Assembly (NCBI GenBank): GCA_038146885.1 | Contig: JAYQSM010000005.1 | Location: 171,949-235,948, forward strand | DNA length: 64,000 nucleotides | Reading direction: 5' to 3' | DNA from: Rhodospirillaceae bacterium | Lineage (GTDB): Bacteria > Pseudomonadota > Alphaproteobacteria > MPNO01 > UBA2964 | Part shown: positions 22,299-34,935 of the stretch, in pieces | Position numbering within the stretch: the stretch's first letter is position 1 | Layout of the letters: each line of letters starts with the position of its first letter | Program-made: the position numbers and the translations under genes | Notes under the pieces: generated by a model | Seen by the model: the letters and a program-made list of their open reading frames with translations, nothing else | Databases searched by the model: none | Told to the model about the DNA's origin: nothing

Positions 22299-23447
22299 CT
22301 AGGCTTGCCATCTAGCCCCATAAAAGATTCGATCTATCCGAACATTATCCCTGTATTTTAGTACTAAATCCAAAAGCTCAATCAGGACTTCATCTGTAAG
22401 ATAATTTGGCTGCAGGCCCAATTCTGTTAAACCAGAGTGAACCGGATTATAGTAGTGATCTTCAAGCTCGACCCGAGGATTTGGAACAGATTTTATAGCC
22501 ACTCTCAGTCCCATCTTTTCCCCAGCTTTTTGCACTCTCTCCGCAAGATCATTAACGCTAAAGGTTTCTGTGAATTGGTTGAAGATCCGCAATTCTCCTT
22601 TCGGGGCCGGGTTATCTATAGCCAACGCGACACATTTGAGAGTATCTTTTATATTGAGAAAGCCCCTTGTTTGCCCTCCCTTTCCATACACAGTCAAAGG
22701 ATGACCAACTGCAGCCTGGACTATGAATCGATTCAAAACAGTCCCGAATAATTCGTCATAGCTCAGGAAAGGTAGTAGGGAGTCATTTCCATCTACCTCA
22801 TCCGTAAACACCCGTATACAGGGCCTTGCATTAGATCCGTCACTTGGAGTTCCCAGACCCGAACATAAAACCAAAGTAAGTCCGTATCCATAATTTTTGT
22901 TGTGTGGTAGAGGCTTCCTGCCTGTCGAGGATAAAGAAACTTTTGTTCACGTCCTTTATGCCGGATGTCTATCCATCCTTCCTCTATATCAATGTTAGGA
23001 GTTCCATACTCCCCCATTGTTCCAAGTTTTACTAAGTGGGCCTCTGGAGCGAACTCTTTAAGAGCAAATATTACATTTGCGGTAACGCTCAAATTATTGA
23101 TCAGAGTTTGGGTGGCAGCTCTCGGCTCAACATGGAAAAGGGTGCTGAGGGTTGCTCTGCATAATGGATGACATGATCTGGCCTAAACTCAGAAAAAACT
23201 TCAGCCATAAAAGTCCAATCTGAGAGATCCCCGACAAATGTTATTAGGGACCTATTGGAAACATCTCTCCAAATGTTAACTCTTTCTCTCAGATCAGGTA
23301 CTGAGTAGAGAGGCTCAACATCTTCGTCACGCACGGGTTACGCCGAAGATAGCTATCAACTACCGCTACCATCGCCTGGGCCGAAAAAAATTACAGCCGC
23401 TGGCCAGCCAAGGTAGCCATCACCACCTAATATCAAGATCCGCATTT
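22299..23447 (-). pseudogene. sqdB: UDP-sulfoquinovose synthase (SqdB/SQD1) homologue, frameshifted into at least four pieces
   Basis: There is very close collinear similarity to SQD1. The N-terminus MRILILGGDGYLGWP lies near 23447. The remaining fragments are 23101..23334 (FVGDLSDWTFMAEVFSEFRPDHVIHYAEQPSAPFSM), 22793..23092 (LVKLGTMGEYGTPNIDIEEGWI) and 22299..22874 (FGTVLNRFIVQAAVGHPLTVYGKGGQTRGFLNI...VPNPRVELEDHYYN). Confidence 0.7.
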
Positions 23448-23463
23448 AATGCTCCTGTTCTTA

Positions 23464-24442
23464 TCACCCGGCCAATATCTTGATGTATTGGACCGGAGGG
23501 CTTTCTGAGCAGTCCAAACTGTGCCAGAAGGTCGGCAATTTCGAGTGACCTAAACAATCCTCTGAATTAGAAATGTATGGTTTCGTAATACTTTCACTAA
23601 GCTGATCAGGATATCGATAGTTAATGTCGTTATAAAAACCCTTGAACGCCGGGAGAATACTGAAATATTTCTCAAGTTCTACAGTTCTGCGCGTTTCTTC
23701 GTCATTCATCAATTCCTCGTATAGTTTTTTCGCCAGGCTTAATGCTCATCTCTCTCGAATTTCTATATCACAGGGTCAAACCCGTATATACAGGGGCTAG
23801 TTCCTGAATCATTACTTGTGCCAAATCCAGAATGCGGACAACTGGCATTTTAGTAATAAAGACCTCGCCGCCGCGCGCCAAGAAAGCAGAATCTACAATA
23901 GTCTCACCGAGTTCTACACTCATAACAAAACCGAGTTTCCGCGTTTGATCTGTACAGTATAGGTCCCCCTTTGATATTTGATTATGGAAAATAGCACTAC
24001 GGACCCACTGACCCCCAACACATTACCGAAACGAGTGGAGGCAAACATAGTTCCCCCCGACCGCCTCGACCCGTTGGCCGCGGTCATCAATCTTTCGCCC
24101 ATCAATTTCGAAGTTCCCATCACATTTGTCGGGTTGACGGCCTTATCTGAGCTAGTAAAGATCACTTTCTCCACGCCGGCAGCCTCAGCGCACTCTATAA
24201 TGTTTTGTACGCCTAGAATATTAGTTTGCACCGCTTGCTCAGGGGATCTTTCACAAAGAACGACGTGCTTCAGCGCTGCGCAATGAAACACTAAATCGAT
24301 GCCTTTCATCTTGCGCATCAGCTCGTCCTTGTCCCTGAATGTCAAAGGAAAACAAATCTCGCGCGGTCGTCCTCAAGATATTCCTGGTCCAAGAAAACAA
24401 GTCGCTCTCGTTGTTATCAATGCCCACCAACTCTGAGGGCAA
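23464..24442 (-). pseudogene. pseB: UDP-GlcNAc 4,6-dehydratase, inverting type (PseB/FlaA1/CapD short form), frameshifted into at least four pieces
   Basis: Fragment 23920..24345 carries SSDKAVNPTNVMGTSKLMGERL...RFGNVLGVSGSVV. Pieces 24251..24442 and 23712..23919 (GEVFITKMP) flank it. Fragment 23464..23712 is the C-terminal tail. Confidence 0.55.
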
Positions 24443-24692
24443 TGTTCGCGATGTGAGAGCAACTGCCCACGAGCTCTGAACCTACAGTCCCAATAGACCC
24501 CCGTTACCAAAAACTGACTTCTTTTTCAATGACCAATTCAATCCATACCTTCCTCTAGAAAAAAGTCGATGGTCTTACCGAGCCCTTGTTCAAGGGGAAC
24601 CTGACAGGCCCAGCCAAGAAGAGAGAGCGCTTTTGAGGTATCGGAAAAATTCCGTCTTACCTCCCCTCGGCGAAAGGGGGTTCTCTCGACAT

Positions 24693-25400
24693 TTATCTCC
24701 TGATACCCTTTAGGCTCAGCGCCCTGCTCAGTTGCTCCAACATCTCCTGAACAGTAGTCTCGTTACTTGTTGCGATTTGAAAAATCTCACCTACCGCCTT
24801 TGGACTTTTTGCTGACAAATATATCGCCTCAACCAAATCATCAATATATATAAAATCTCGCGTCTGTGATCCGTCCCCGTATATCTCTATTGTTGCACCG
24901 GAAAGGGCTAATTTGATAAACTTGGCAATCACGCTTGTTTTATGTTTGGAACCAGGGCCGTATACATTACCAAAGCGCAATACAACTGTATTCACTCCAA
25001 ATGCGTGATAATAGGCGGAACAGTAGCCTCACCAGCCAGTTTACTGGCCCCATATGGGGAGGCCGGATGAGCCGGAGTGCCTTCATGTATAGGAGGCTCG
25101 ACATCACCTAGCGGAGCCCCGCTAGATGCAAATACAAATCTCTTATAATGATTAGATCGAGCCGCCTCGAGACAGTTAAAAATGCCCAAAACGTTGTTAA
25201 ACATATCATCTCGAGGATCTTCCAATGAAGGTCCAACACCCGTATTCCCGGCCAAATGGACAAAAATGTCGCAGCCTTGGGACGCGTGCAGAACCTGCTT
25301 GTAGTCAGTTATATCTCCCACAATCAACTCAACTCCTGAGGATGCGACATCGTCATATCGAGAGAACGATTCTGAAATGAAGTTACTCTGGCTAAGTCTT
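24693..25400 (-). pseudogene. NAD-dependent sugar epimerase/dehydratase (GalE-like), frameshifted, with a degenerate N-terminus
   Basis: ORF 24992..25327 has the central YxxxK region (PYGASKLAGE). ORF 24693..24995 has the C-terminus (RFGNVYGPGS...GDGSQTRDFIYIDDL). The upstream Rossmann region survives only as shifted fragments. Confidence 0.5.
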
Positions 25401-25519
25401 CTTTTTTCCCAACCTTAAGGTTATCAAAGACTCACAGAGATTCCTTTTTCTCAACTAATTTCCTAATTAGGGCCGTACCAATAAACCAGTAAACCACCTG
25501 AAATAAACCAATTCACGCT

Positions 25520-26465
25520 TCACAGACCCTTTCCGATTGATTTCTTTCCATTTCTGCTTTCACTAGTCTTCTGGCCACTTCCTCCCCAAAAAATTGTTGC
25601 CTCCCAACCAAGGAGCTTATTGGCTTTCCGAGGATCACCGTATACACGAACGGGGTCTCCAGACCGAAACTTACTCGGATCAGAAACAACATATTCTTGC
25701 CAATCAAGACCATATTCTTCAAATACTATTTGAATAAAATCCTCCAGACTCTGGCTCACACCCGTGGCTATCACGAAATCTTGTGGTGAAGAACCATTTA
25801 GCATACGCCACATCGCATCTACATACTCCGGAGCCCAGCCCCAGTCTCGGAAAATCCTAATATTACAAGAGAGAGCTTTCTCGAGAGCCTGCTGCTATCC
25901 TGATGCGGCGGATACGATTTTTCGTTACAAAATCGGGACTTCTTAGCGGAGACTCATGGTTGAAAAGAATCCCAGTACACGCAAATAATCCATAAGTTTG
26001 GCGATAGAGCGATACCGTCTCAGAGGCCGACGCCTTCGCTACCCCATAGGGATTAGTGGGTTTGTGAATTCTTCCTTCATCTATAGGGACTTCTCCAGGG
26101 TCTCCGAAGCTTTCACTGGATCCAGGATTAAAATATCTGATGTCTTTGTCGATTTCTCTTATTGCTTCCAGTAGGTTTAATGTACCCAGTGTAATACCCA
26201 ATATAGTTTCATGGGGTTCATTGAAAGAGACTCCTACCGACGATTGAGCGGCAAAATTATAAACCTCGTCAGGTCTCACCCGAGAGACTACATCATACAC
26301 CATATCGTATCTGTCGGGATGCATCGAGACGACATTAATCTTCCAAGACCCCCAGCGCCTCCAACCTGAAAAATCCGCCTCCCGCGGATCCCGTGATGTG
26401 CCCCACACCTCATAGCCTTTTTCAACTAACAGCCGGGATAAATACGACCCATCTTGCCCGCTCAA
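25520..26465 (-). pseudogene. rmd: GDP-4-dehydro-6-deoxy-D-mannose reductase-like gene (Rmd, GMD-related short-chain dehydrogenase/reductase), frameshifted into two pieces
   Basis: ORF 25863..26465 (MSGQDGSYLSRLLVEKGYEVWGTSRDP...PTNPYGVAKASA...LFNHESPLR) plus 25520..25813 (C-terminus) give a total length of about 315 aa. That length fits Rmd rather than full-length Gmd. Confidence 0.5.
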
Positions 26466-26496
26466 TCCGCAAATAAGGGCTGCGCACCCATTTTAA

Positions 26497-27576
<1,080 letters not shown>

Positions 27577-27775
27577 AAAGAATCCTTAATCCGAAATTTG
27601 GAACCCAACTACTTCGGTAGTTACACCGCCTGCTCATCCTATGTCAATCACTGACACCGCTCTCTGAAATTTGACTGCCCGCAGGCTCTAGCCCTGAAAA
27701 TTAAGACATCGGAACACCAATCTGCTATTATCTGTTTTTTTTTAAGATTCAAGTATACTTCAAGGCAACCGTACT

Positions 27776-28835
27776 ATGAACATCGCCCTTATCTTCAGTC
27801 TATACCTCTCATGTGGGTGGTTGCGCGTCTTACTCTAATCTCCTAATTAGCGGCCTGGAACAATGTGACTCGATCAACTCGATTCGCTTATTAACGGAGA
27901 CAGCTAGTAGCCATACTTACCGAGTAACAAGGAATAAAATACACATTTATCGAACACTCCCGCGGCGTGACTCAAAACCCAGAAAAAATCTGCCTCTCCA
28001 CGCCCTAACATTTCTTATAACGCAACTGCAAATCGCTATATTTCTCATTCAATTTTCATTATCTGGGTCTGGAACCAAGATTGTTCATATACATAATAGA
28101 TTCGGCCGCAGATGGATCGGCCTGTATTGTCGAATGCTTAATATTCAATCAGTACTTGATATCAGAGATAGATTTTATCATGAGGGGGGATTAAAGGCCT
28201 ATGACAGCATTATTTGTGCATCTCAGAACATATACCTTGATCTCAGATCTAGGGGTTTAAAAAAAGTTTTATTGAAATCAGTCCCCATTGATTTGTCAGA
28301 AATTAGGGCGGTTGCCCGGTTATCTAGATCTGAAGCCAAGCCTTTCATCTTATTTGTCGGTGTAGTGTCCCACGGCAAAGGGGTTCTAAAACTTATTGAA
28401 TCTTACAAGGCGACAAAAACGTGCAAGGAGAACTTTAACCTGGTTATCATTGGACCCTCACACATTAAAAATTTTGATGAATATTTAATAGAAAGGAACA
28501 TTGAGTATCTGGGGGTAGTAGAGAGAAAAATAGTACTAGAGACTATACAGCAATCGTCTTTACTAGTGTTACCTTCAGAGTCTGAGGGAATGCCTCGGGT
28601 AGCACTAGAGGCGATAGGTCTCGGAGTACCCACAATCCTGCCCAGAGGGATCCCTGAATTCGATACATTTTGTAGAAATTGTGTCTTGGATGAAGATAAC
28701 GGCAAGCCATTAAGCGCAATGCTGGATGAACCCTTCCACCGTTATCTTTCGAAAGACTTTCCAATAAATGATTACGACTCAGCTCACTATTGCGATGAAC
28801 TAGCCCATTCTGTCTACAAACATGTATCTCTATAG
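27776..28835 (+). pseudogene. Glycosyltransferase family 1 (GT4-like) whose N-terminus is frameshifted relative to the main ORF 27813..28835
   Basis: The main ORF has the C-terminal GT1 motif SESEGMPRVALEAIGLGVPTI. A plausible N-terminal start MNIALIFS lies at about 27776 in another frame. Confidence 0.5.
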
Positions 28836-28926
28836 GAAATAAACTTGATGGATGGTATTCCTAAACCTTTTAAGCCTTGATCACTTGAAATTATTCAAAC
28901 CATTTCCAATTAGGTCGATTCTCTGA

Positions 28927-30470
28927 TCATTGATTACCATTTATGGCCTTGAAAAGCATGGACTTGCCCAGAGCATATAATAGAAGACAGTATGGGTAAT
29001 GGTGCAAGGCCGCTATATTGAGATAGATCAAGGCCACGAGTGTAACAACCTTTTTCTCATCAAAACCCTGGTTAGCTAGCCATTTTTTAAATAACTGCTC
29101 GCACTCCACAAGGACCTGTCGTCGATATAAGTCAAAAACGATTTCATTGCCTTCCCAACTTACTGCATATTGGTTTCGTGCTACTAAACCATGGTTGACG
29201 ATCAGCCCGTGCACCAATTTAGCGAGATCATAGTAAATATCCCCAACAACCAGATCACCGGCAAAGTCTTGCCGCCAGTCAAGCAACACGAATTCTCGAT
29301 CCGCTTCATTCCATAGAATGTTCTCAAAATGAAAATCTCCATGAAACTGGCCGGGAGCGCCTTCCGAAAGCCAATCCCAATCAACCCCGGCCATTATCGA
29401 AGATAATTTCGGCACAAATATGCCGTTGATTGAGGTTTCACTATCCTGATGGCCAAAATTCTTATAAAAAAGCCCAACCCTTTCCAGGGTTTTCTCCCGA
29501 TAAAATTTTTCACATCCTTCGTTAAATTTTTTCAAGCCCATGCCAGTGAGTTTCTTAGGCTCCCAAAATTTTACGCAAAACTCTAAAAAATGTTCGAATA
29601 GCGGAATGGTAACGCTATCCGAAAGCACGACACCATGCACCTTTCGATACCGATACATATTACACCGAGACGCGGTTATCTCCGAACATAACCCGCTACA
29701 CTCCTTAGTTTCGTGTAACACGATTCAATATAAATTCTGGATCGTGGGAAAACTTTATAACTTGATCTGAAACAAACCAAATAGCCTTCATTCTCTTTTC
29801 AAGAATATTGGGTTGCTCAGGACCACCGAATTCATCTCTAGCTTTTTCAAGGGCATCCAAATTCCCCGTATCAAACCATGAGAACTCCCGAACGGTAAGA
29901 GTAAGACCAGAGTCTGCCAAGGCCCTGAGACCGTATGCCTCCCCAATATGTACCGAATGTTCCGCCTCCTTCCTCCATAGCGCACCAAAAATTCCTTGAA
30001 ATTGAAAATACCGGCTAAGCCGATATAAGCCTGGGGTTTCTCCTTCGCGCTTTGCCCTTTCTTCTAAAATTTGAACGATCCGACCTGACCTCGGTCGCTT
30101 CAACCGTTCTGTAATGCTTTGGATCACTGACACCGGCCACACCCAACCAATTTCTATCCGGGCCCAATATTTCTTCATGGACGAGAGTATCGCACGAACA
30201 GAAAATGAAGGGTTGTTGAAGAAACTCACGACATGCGAGAAGACTTAATCCGAGACCAGACCCTGGCCCGTCATAATTTTGGACATAAGAGAAAAGAAAC
30301 TTCCGATCTGGATACGCCAAATCCAGGAATTCCTTGACCAGAGAAGCCTTAAAACCAAGCGCAATTACAAATTCCGTATCTAACGGAAATTTTTCAACTA
30401 TGTGAGCGATGGCAGGTTTATTAGAGACAGACACCAATGCCTTATTGAGGTGAGCTGTTAATCCACCCAA
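28927..30470 (-). pseudogene. Fused sugar-phosphate nucleotidyltransferase plus APH/choline-kinase-fold kinase (LicC/LicA-like or AmgK/MurU-like), broken by two frameshifts
   Basis: Fragments 30015..30470 and 29790..30229 carry the nucleotidyltransferase fold (...EFSWFDTGNLDALEKA). ORFs 29705..30229 and 28927..29721 carry the kinase, with HGDFHFENILW and LLDW Brenner and catalytic motifs. Confidence 0.5.
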
Positions 30471-30511
30471 TCGTGAACCAATCCCAGCACAAGGAATGCA
30501 AACACGGTAGC

Positions 30512-30787
30512 TCAGGACTCTGCTCGCTGATAATCATCCGATATACGCACCACATCATCCAACTCTGGAGTCGATGCTTCTAGGTAAACAGCATCCTCTA
30601 AGCCTTCCATCCGATGGATTACCCCGGGCCTTATGGTAAGAGCGTCTCCAGGCCGATAAAGCTCCTCAGTCAACCTTTCCATAGAATCCCCTAGGACAAT
30701 TCTCAAAACCCCGGAAATAACGTAAACGGTCTCGGTTTTTTTTTCATGGTATTGTAGACTGCAGCGATGCCCAGAATACATCGTCAA
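30512..30787 (-). CDS. Small cupin-domain protein (mannose-6-phosphate-isomerase-type or WxcM-like cupin)
   Basis: A 91-aa protein with a two-His cupin motif pattern (HRCSLQYHEKKTETVYVISG...PGVIHRMEG). Confidence 0.45.
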   Translation of the reverse strand: MTMYSGHRCSLQYHEKKTETVYVISGVLRIVLGDSMERLTEELYRPGDALTIRPGVIHRMEGLEDAVYLEASTPELDDVVRISDDYQRAES

Positions 30788-30941
30788 TCTTTTTCAACAC
30801 ATACACTTCGTTAATCCGACTAATTCCTTTCTTTGCCCCAGGGCTTCTCGATTACGTCACCTTTCTCCATCGCCTTACCCTATTAAATTTTAAATCGCAT
30901 ATACTCTGGATGGAACTTGAAAATTGATCATAAAATAATTT

Positions 30942-31704
30942 TTACATATTGTTGCATTGCCCAGTGGCTATTAAATCCATACTTTTTCGCATCCACTTCC
31001 TACCTTCTGCAACATAATTCTCAAAATTTTCAGCATAGCCCGCTGTTTTAATTGTGGCCCATCGCTTCGCCAAATGGACCTCGTTCTCCTCGGCCCACAC
31101 TTCAGCGGTGATAGCCGCTGCCCAATCATTTACATAAGCCTTAGCAATAAGCTCATGCTCAATGCCGTAACCTCTGAAATTATTCCCCATCAAAAGAAAG
31201 TCGATATAGTCTAGACTATCTCGGTCACAAATTTCTTCAATCAACTGACGGCGGATTAGATACGCATTATTATGGATAAACCAAAAGTATTTTGTTTTCT
31301 CTTGAACCAAAAGGAGACGCTCTCCCCACCTCCTTGAGCAAGGCGATATAATTCCTGCCCTTGGATGTGCCTCTAACATTTTGAGTAACGGATTTAAGGT
31401 CGATGTTTCCTCTAGTTCTGTATCATTGGTAAGAAGAAAGAATGCAGAATACTGATCAAATTTCCCTCTTTAATAACTGTACAAGCCCATAATTCATACC
31501 CCTCCCATATCTCAAGCCATTTCCAATAACTTCTTCAGAATTCACATGCCAAGAGGTATGAACACTTAGCTTATCTAAATCTGAACCGGCTTCAACTACA
31601 TATATGTCAGTGCAGTCACCATCAAACCGGTTTACATGCTCCCAAAGCCTATCCGTCACGTCGGGTAAATTTCGATTCAAAATGATGGTGGCTATTGTCT
31701 TCAT
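30942..31704 (-). pseudogene. Glycosyltransferase family 2 split into N-terminal and C-terminal ORFs
   Basis: ORF 31456..31704 (IILNRNLPDVTDRLWEHV) has the GT2 N-terminal beta-alpha start. ORF 30942..31379 has the C-terminal part. The two are separated by a frameshift. Confidence 0.45.
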
Positions 31705-31709
31705 ACCGT

Positions 31710-33050
31710 TTAAATAAGTCGAAAGTTGCGAAGATAGCGCATAATGCCGGTTTTTATTCTCTCCTTGAGATAGATGTCCAGATCCACACCAAGACTGACG
31801 AGATCTGCCGCTGCCTGTTTCTTCAAATCAATCACTTCAGGTAGCGAAAAGACATAATGGCCGGCAATGATAGCCCGGTCTCGATCAGATGCTGAAGTAT
31901 TGTCCACCATCCATTTTGCCCATTTCTTGGATGCATAAGCAATCTCCAAGAACCTCTCAGAGAAATGGCATAAGCCGTTGGAGTCGAAACACTCAACCAG
32001 TGCCCTTGATTCTAGAACACCGAACTCTGGAGCGACATTGGCCGAATGGATTCCTAACCTGGGATGCCATTGCAAGGCCTCATCTGAAAGATAGTCAGTA
32101 TTATGCTCTTTTAGCAACACCCCATACTTTTCACAAACTTCCAACATCTTGGGTAGTTGGATCTCCGACGGTATTTCGTTTGGTACCCGAACAGGAGATT
32201 CGAAAGATCCAATATTGCGCATCTCCATTACGCGCGTTCCACACTGTACCACTACGAACGTTGGGAAGGGCAAATTATTCCCGGCACAAAACTCTTAATT
32301 TTCGTTCAGGATATAGTGCAACTCCTCCATAGAATTAGTGCTTCCGGACTGTTCTTCAGTCCCAACCTCAAAGATTATTTCTTTTCTCGCCCTTTGCGCT
32401 TCTGACCAGCAATAATCATAAAGGTCGAATACCCTTTCGAGGATTTCGTCTACGTCTGGCTGTCCATGAATATCCACGCTGGGATCTATATGCAGGATTT
32501 GAAAACCTGCCGTAATATCAGCCTTATAAGATGCTTTTGCGGAGTCCATCGCTTGTTTTAAGCTGAGATTTTGCTCCGTTTCCTTGTTGTTCTGCCAAGG
32601 CCCCCCATGATCACGTGCTAAGTATATTCTCCCTTTTTTATCTTTAGACGTGACATAATCCGCAAAATCCTGAGTGCACCAGTTATTGACGTAACCTCCT
32701 CCAAACTCTCTCGAGTCAATCTGTCGCCGACTCGCAATCATCATAATAGGTACGTCATAATCATTAGATAGTTCAATCGTTGCATCGACGCAGTTAAGAC
32801 TCATCGGCCCTGCCCCAAGCAGAGTGCATCTTCTTTTCTGGAGCAGAGTCTTTAAACGCCGCCCTATCACAGAGCCCACTTCAGAAATTTCAATTTGCTC
32901 ACCGGGAGGCAACTCAGGATTAAACGGTATAAAACCGATCAAGTACATGAATAGCCGCTTCAGCAACTGCGCGGTCTCCGCCAGAGCGCTCGGTGACGTA
33001 AGATGCATACTTCTTGGCGTTTCGGTCAGCATTTGAGGGTGCGATACCAT
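31710..33050 (-). pseudogene. GatZ/KbaZ-family protein (tagatose-6-phosphate kinase/tagatose-bisphosphate aldolase subunit-like), split by one frameshift near 32280
   Basis: ORFs 32295..33050 (...ETAQLLKRLFMYLIGFIPFNPE...NNWCTQDFADYV...DHGGPWQNN) and 31710..32273 together give about 430 aa collinear with GatZ/KbaZ. The true start is probably an internal Met, because the listed N-terminus overlaps the neighbouring gene. Confidence 0.45.
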
Positions 33051-33378
33051 ATCCCACCTTAGACATCACATAATGATCGAAAATTCCATCACCCATATAG
33101 ATCACCGACTGTAAACTGTATCTCTCGTCTATCCATTCTATCCGACGGATCGTACTGACAAGGTCGATTGGATATCCCATATCATCCGAAATACGTCTCT
33201 GACTAATGTCGAAACCTTTCTTATCCCCGGTCACGAAACGGATCTCGATATGGTTTCTCAGCAGCGAAAGGGCATCATGGTCATCAGGCCCAAAGACCTT
33301 GAAAACTTTCCCATCACGAGAGTAATAAAACTTCCCGTCCGTCATGACCCCATCAACATCAATTATAAAACATAACAT
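32920..33378 (-). CDS. KdsC-family HAD phosphatase (3-deoxy-ulosonate phosphate phosphatase-like)
   Basis: A 152-aa protein with the DVDGV start motif (FIIDVDGVMTDGKFYYS), ..FVTGDKKG.. and GDGIFD/YMGDG motifs characteristic of KdsC-like enzymes. Confidence 0.6.
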   Translation of the reverse strand: MLCFIIDVDGVMTDGKFYYSRDGKVFKVFGPDDHDALSLLRNHIEIRFVTGDKKGFDISQRRISDDMGYPIDLVSTIRRIEWIDERYSLQSVIYMGDGIFDHYVMSKVGYGIAPSNADRNAKKYASYVTERSGGDRAVAEAAIHVLDRFYTV

Positions 33379-33520
33379 TGATTTTTATCCACTATATAAA
33401 GTAGCCTTTTGATGCTTATGGATTCTAAAAGATTCGCCCGTTAAATACCAGGTAGACCCAAATATTTTTTTGGCGACCAATAACAGTAGTTCTCTTTCTT
33501 AACCCCATCATTTAATCAGC

Positions 33521-34845
33521 ATGGCCCAACAAAAAATTAAAAGATCTGAAAATGGAGTGAATTTAATTTTCACTGCAATCTTGGTTGTATTGATCCCAAT
33601 GACCGATTTTAAGTGGGGTAACGTCAAATTAGCCGAAATTTACGCTATTTTTTTTGCGGTACTATTTGCAGGACCTGTATTTTACCGGGGCCTCCAGGAG
33701 AGAAAAATAGCTAACTTCTACAGGTCAATACTTGCTTGGATAGGATTTGTTCTTGCGACTGCCCTAATCTCCAATCAAGATTTTTCTTATATACCCAATA
33801 TAGAGTACGGATTTTCACAAAAGCCTTTCGTCATATCTTTCAGCAGGAGCCTTCAAATAATAATTGCAGTCACTATATCATTTTTTATCTTCGATTTTTG
33901 CCAGAAATCTCCGACGAATCTTGGAATAATCCTTTCGATATATAATGGAATCGGTCTGTTTAGCGTTGTATTTGGAGTTTGCGGATATTTGGCACTTAGT
34001 CGATGGGGGATTGATAACTGGGCTGCATATACCACCGCGGGAGGAGTTACTAGAGCCTCTTCTTTTTTCGGGGAAGGAGGACCGTGGGGCAGTTATCTTT
34101 GTAGCGTGTTGCTAACACATCGTCTGGTATTTCAAACTAACAAAACTCGGCTAGTATACAGGGTAATAGTCTACGCCATCTTGGGGTTGGGGCTTTTCCT
34201 ATCACAATCCAAAGCCGGATTAATAGTAGCTTCATTCTGTATTGGGATCGGTTACGTATTCTCAACTAGCCACGCAACCGATAATACGCTGCCGAAAACA
34301 GTTTTCGCTGCGGTTGCGGCCAGCACCGCCCTCGTTTTCGTGGTATTTTTTTCGGGAATTACCAATTACTTTTACGAATTTATTAATTTGACGGATAGTT
34401 GGGAGGTTAAAAGCACCAGCACGGCGCTGATAATGGGAAGAATCGCAGGGATGGTCATCGTTCCTCAGATGATTCTAAGTAACCCATTCTTTGGCATAGG
34501 TATTGGCAACTATCCTCTCTTGCGAAACGATCCTGAGTACAGCAGTTTCCTTATACAAGTCGATGACTGGGATCTTGACGGACTTGGCCTGGTAGGGTTA
34601 ACCGCAGAAACCGGACTCGTAGGTGTTTGTATCTTTTATATATCATGCTTAGAAAGTTATGGGACTTGAAAAAAGAAAGCGCAGGGAGGTCACGAAATCC
34701 TGAGATCCTGGCCTTGGCCTGTTTTCCGCTCTTTGCTTTTCTTTTTGGCGTCCAAATAACTTTCCTCTATCCTTGGTTCATCCTTTCATTAGCCCTTTCG
34801 GCAAACCATCTCAATCAGGTAAAGGAGAAGCGCAGTATTGATTAG
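33521..34845 (+). CDS. O-antigen polymerase/ligase family membrane protein (Wzy_C domain), with a C-terminal tail frameshifted into ORF 34627..34845
   Basis: A polytopic 382-aa ORF with a periplasmic-loop motif ...LSQSKAGLI... typical of Wzy_C proteins. A downstream hydrophobic ORF continues it in another frame. Confidence 0.5.
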
Positions 34846-34935
34846 TCGAAAAGGTCAATCCAGCCAAGAAAACCAAAAAAATTTAATCGTAATCAAAGGG
34901 GTTTGACTTTTTAGCTTATGTTCAAAACCTAACCC

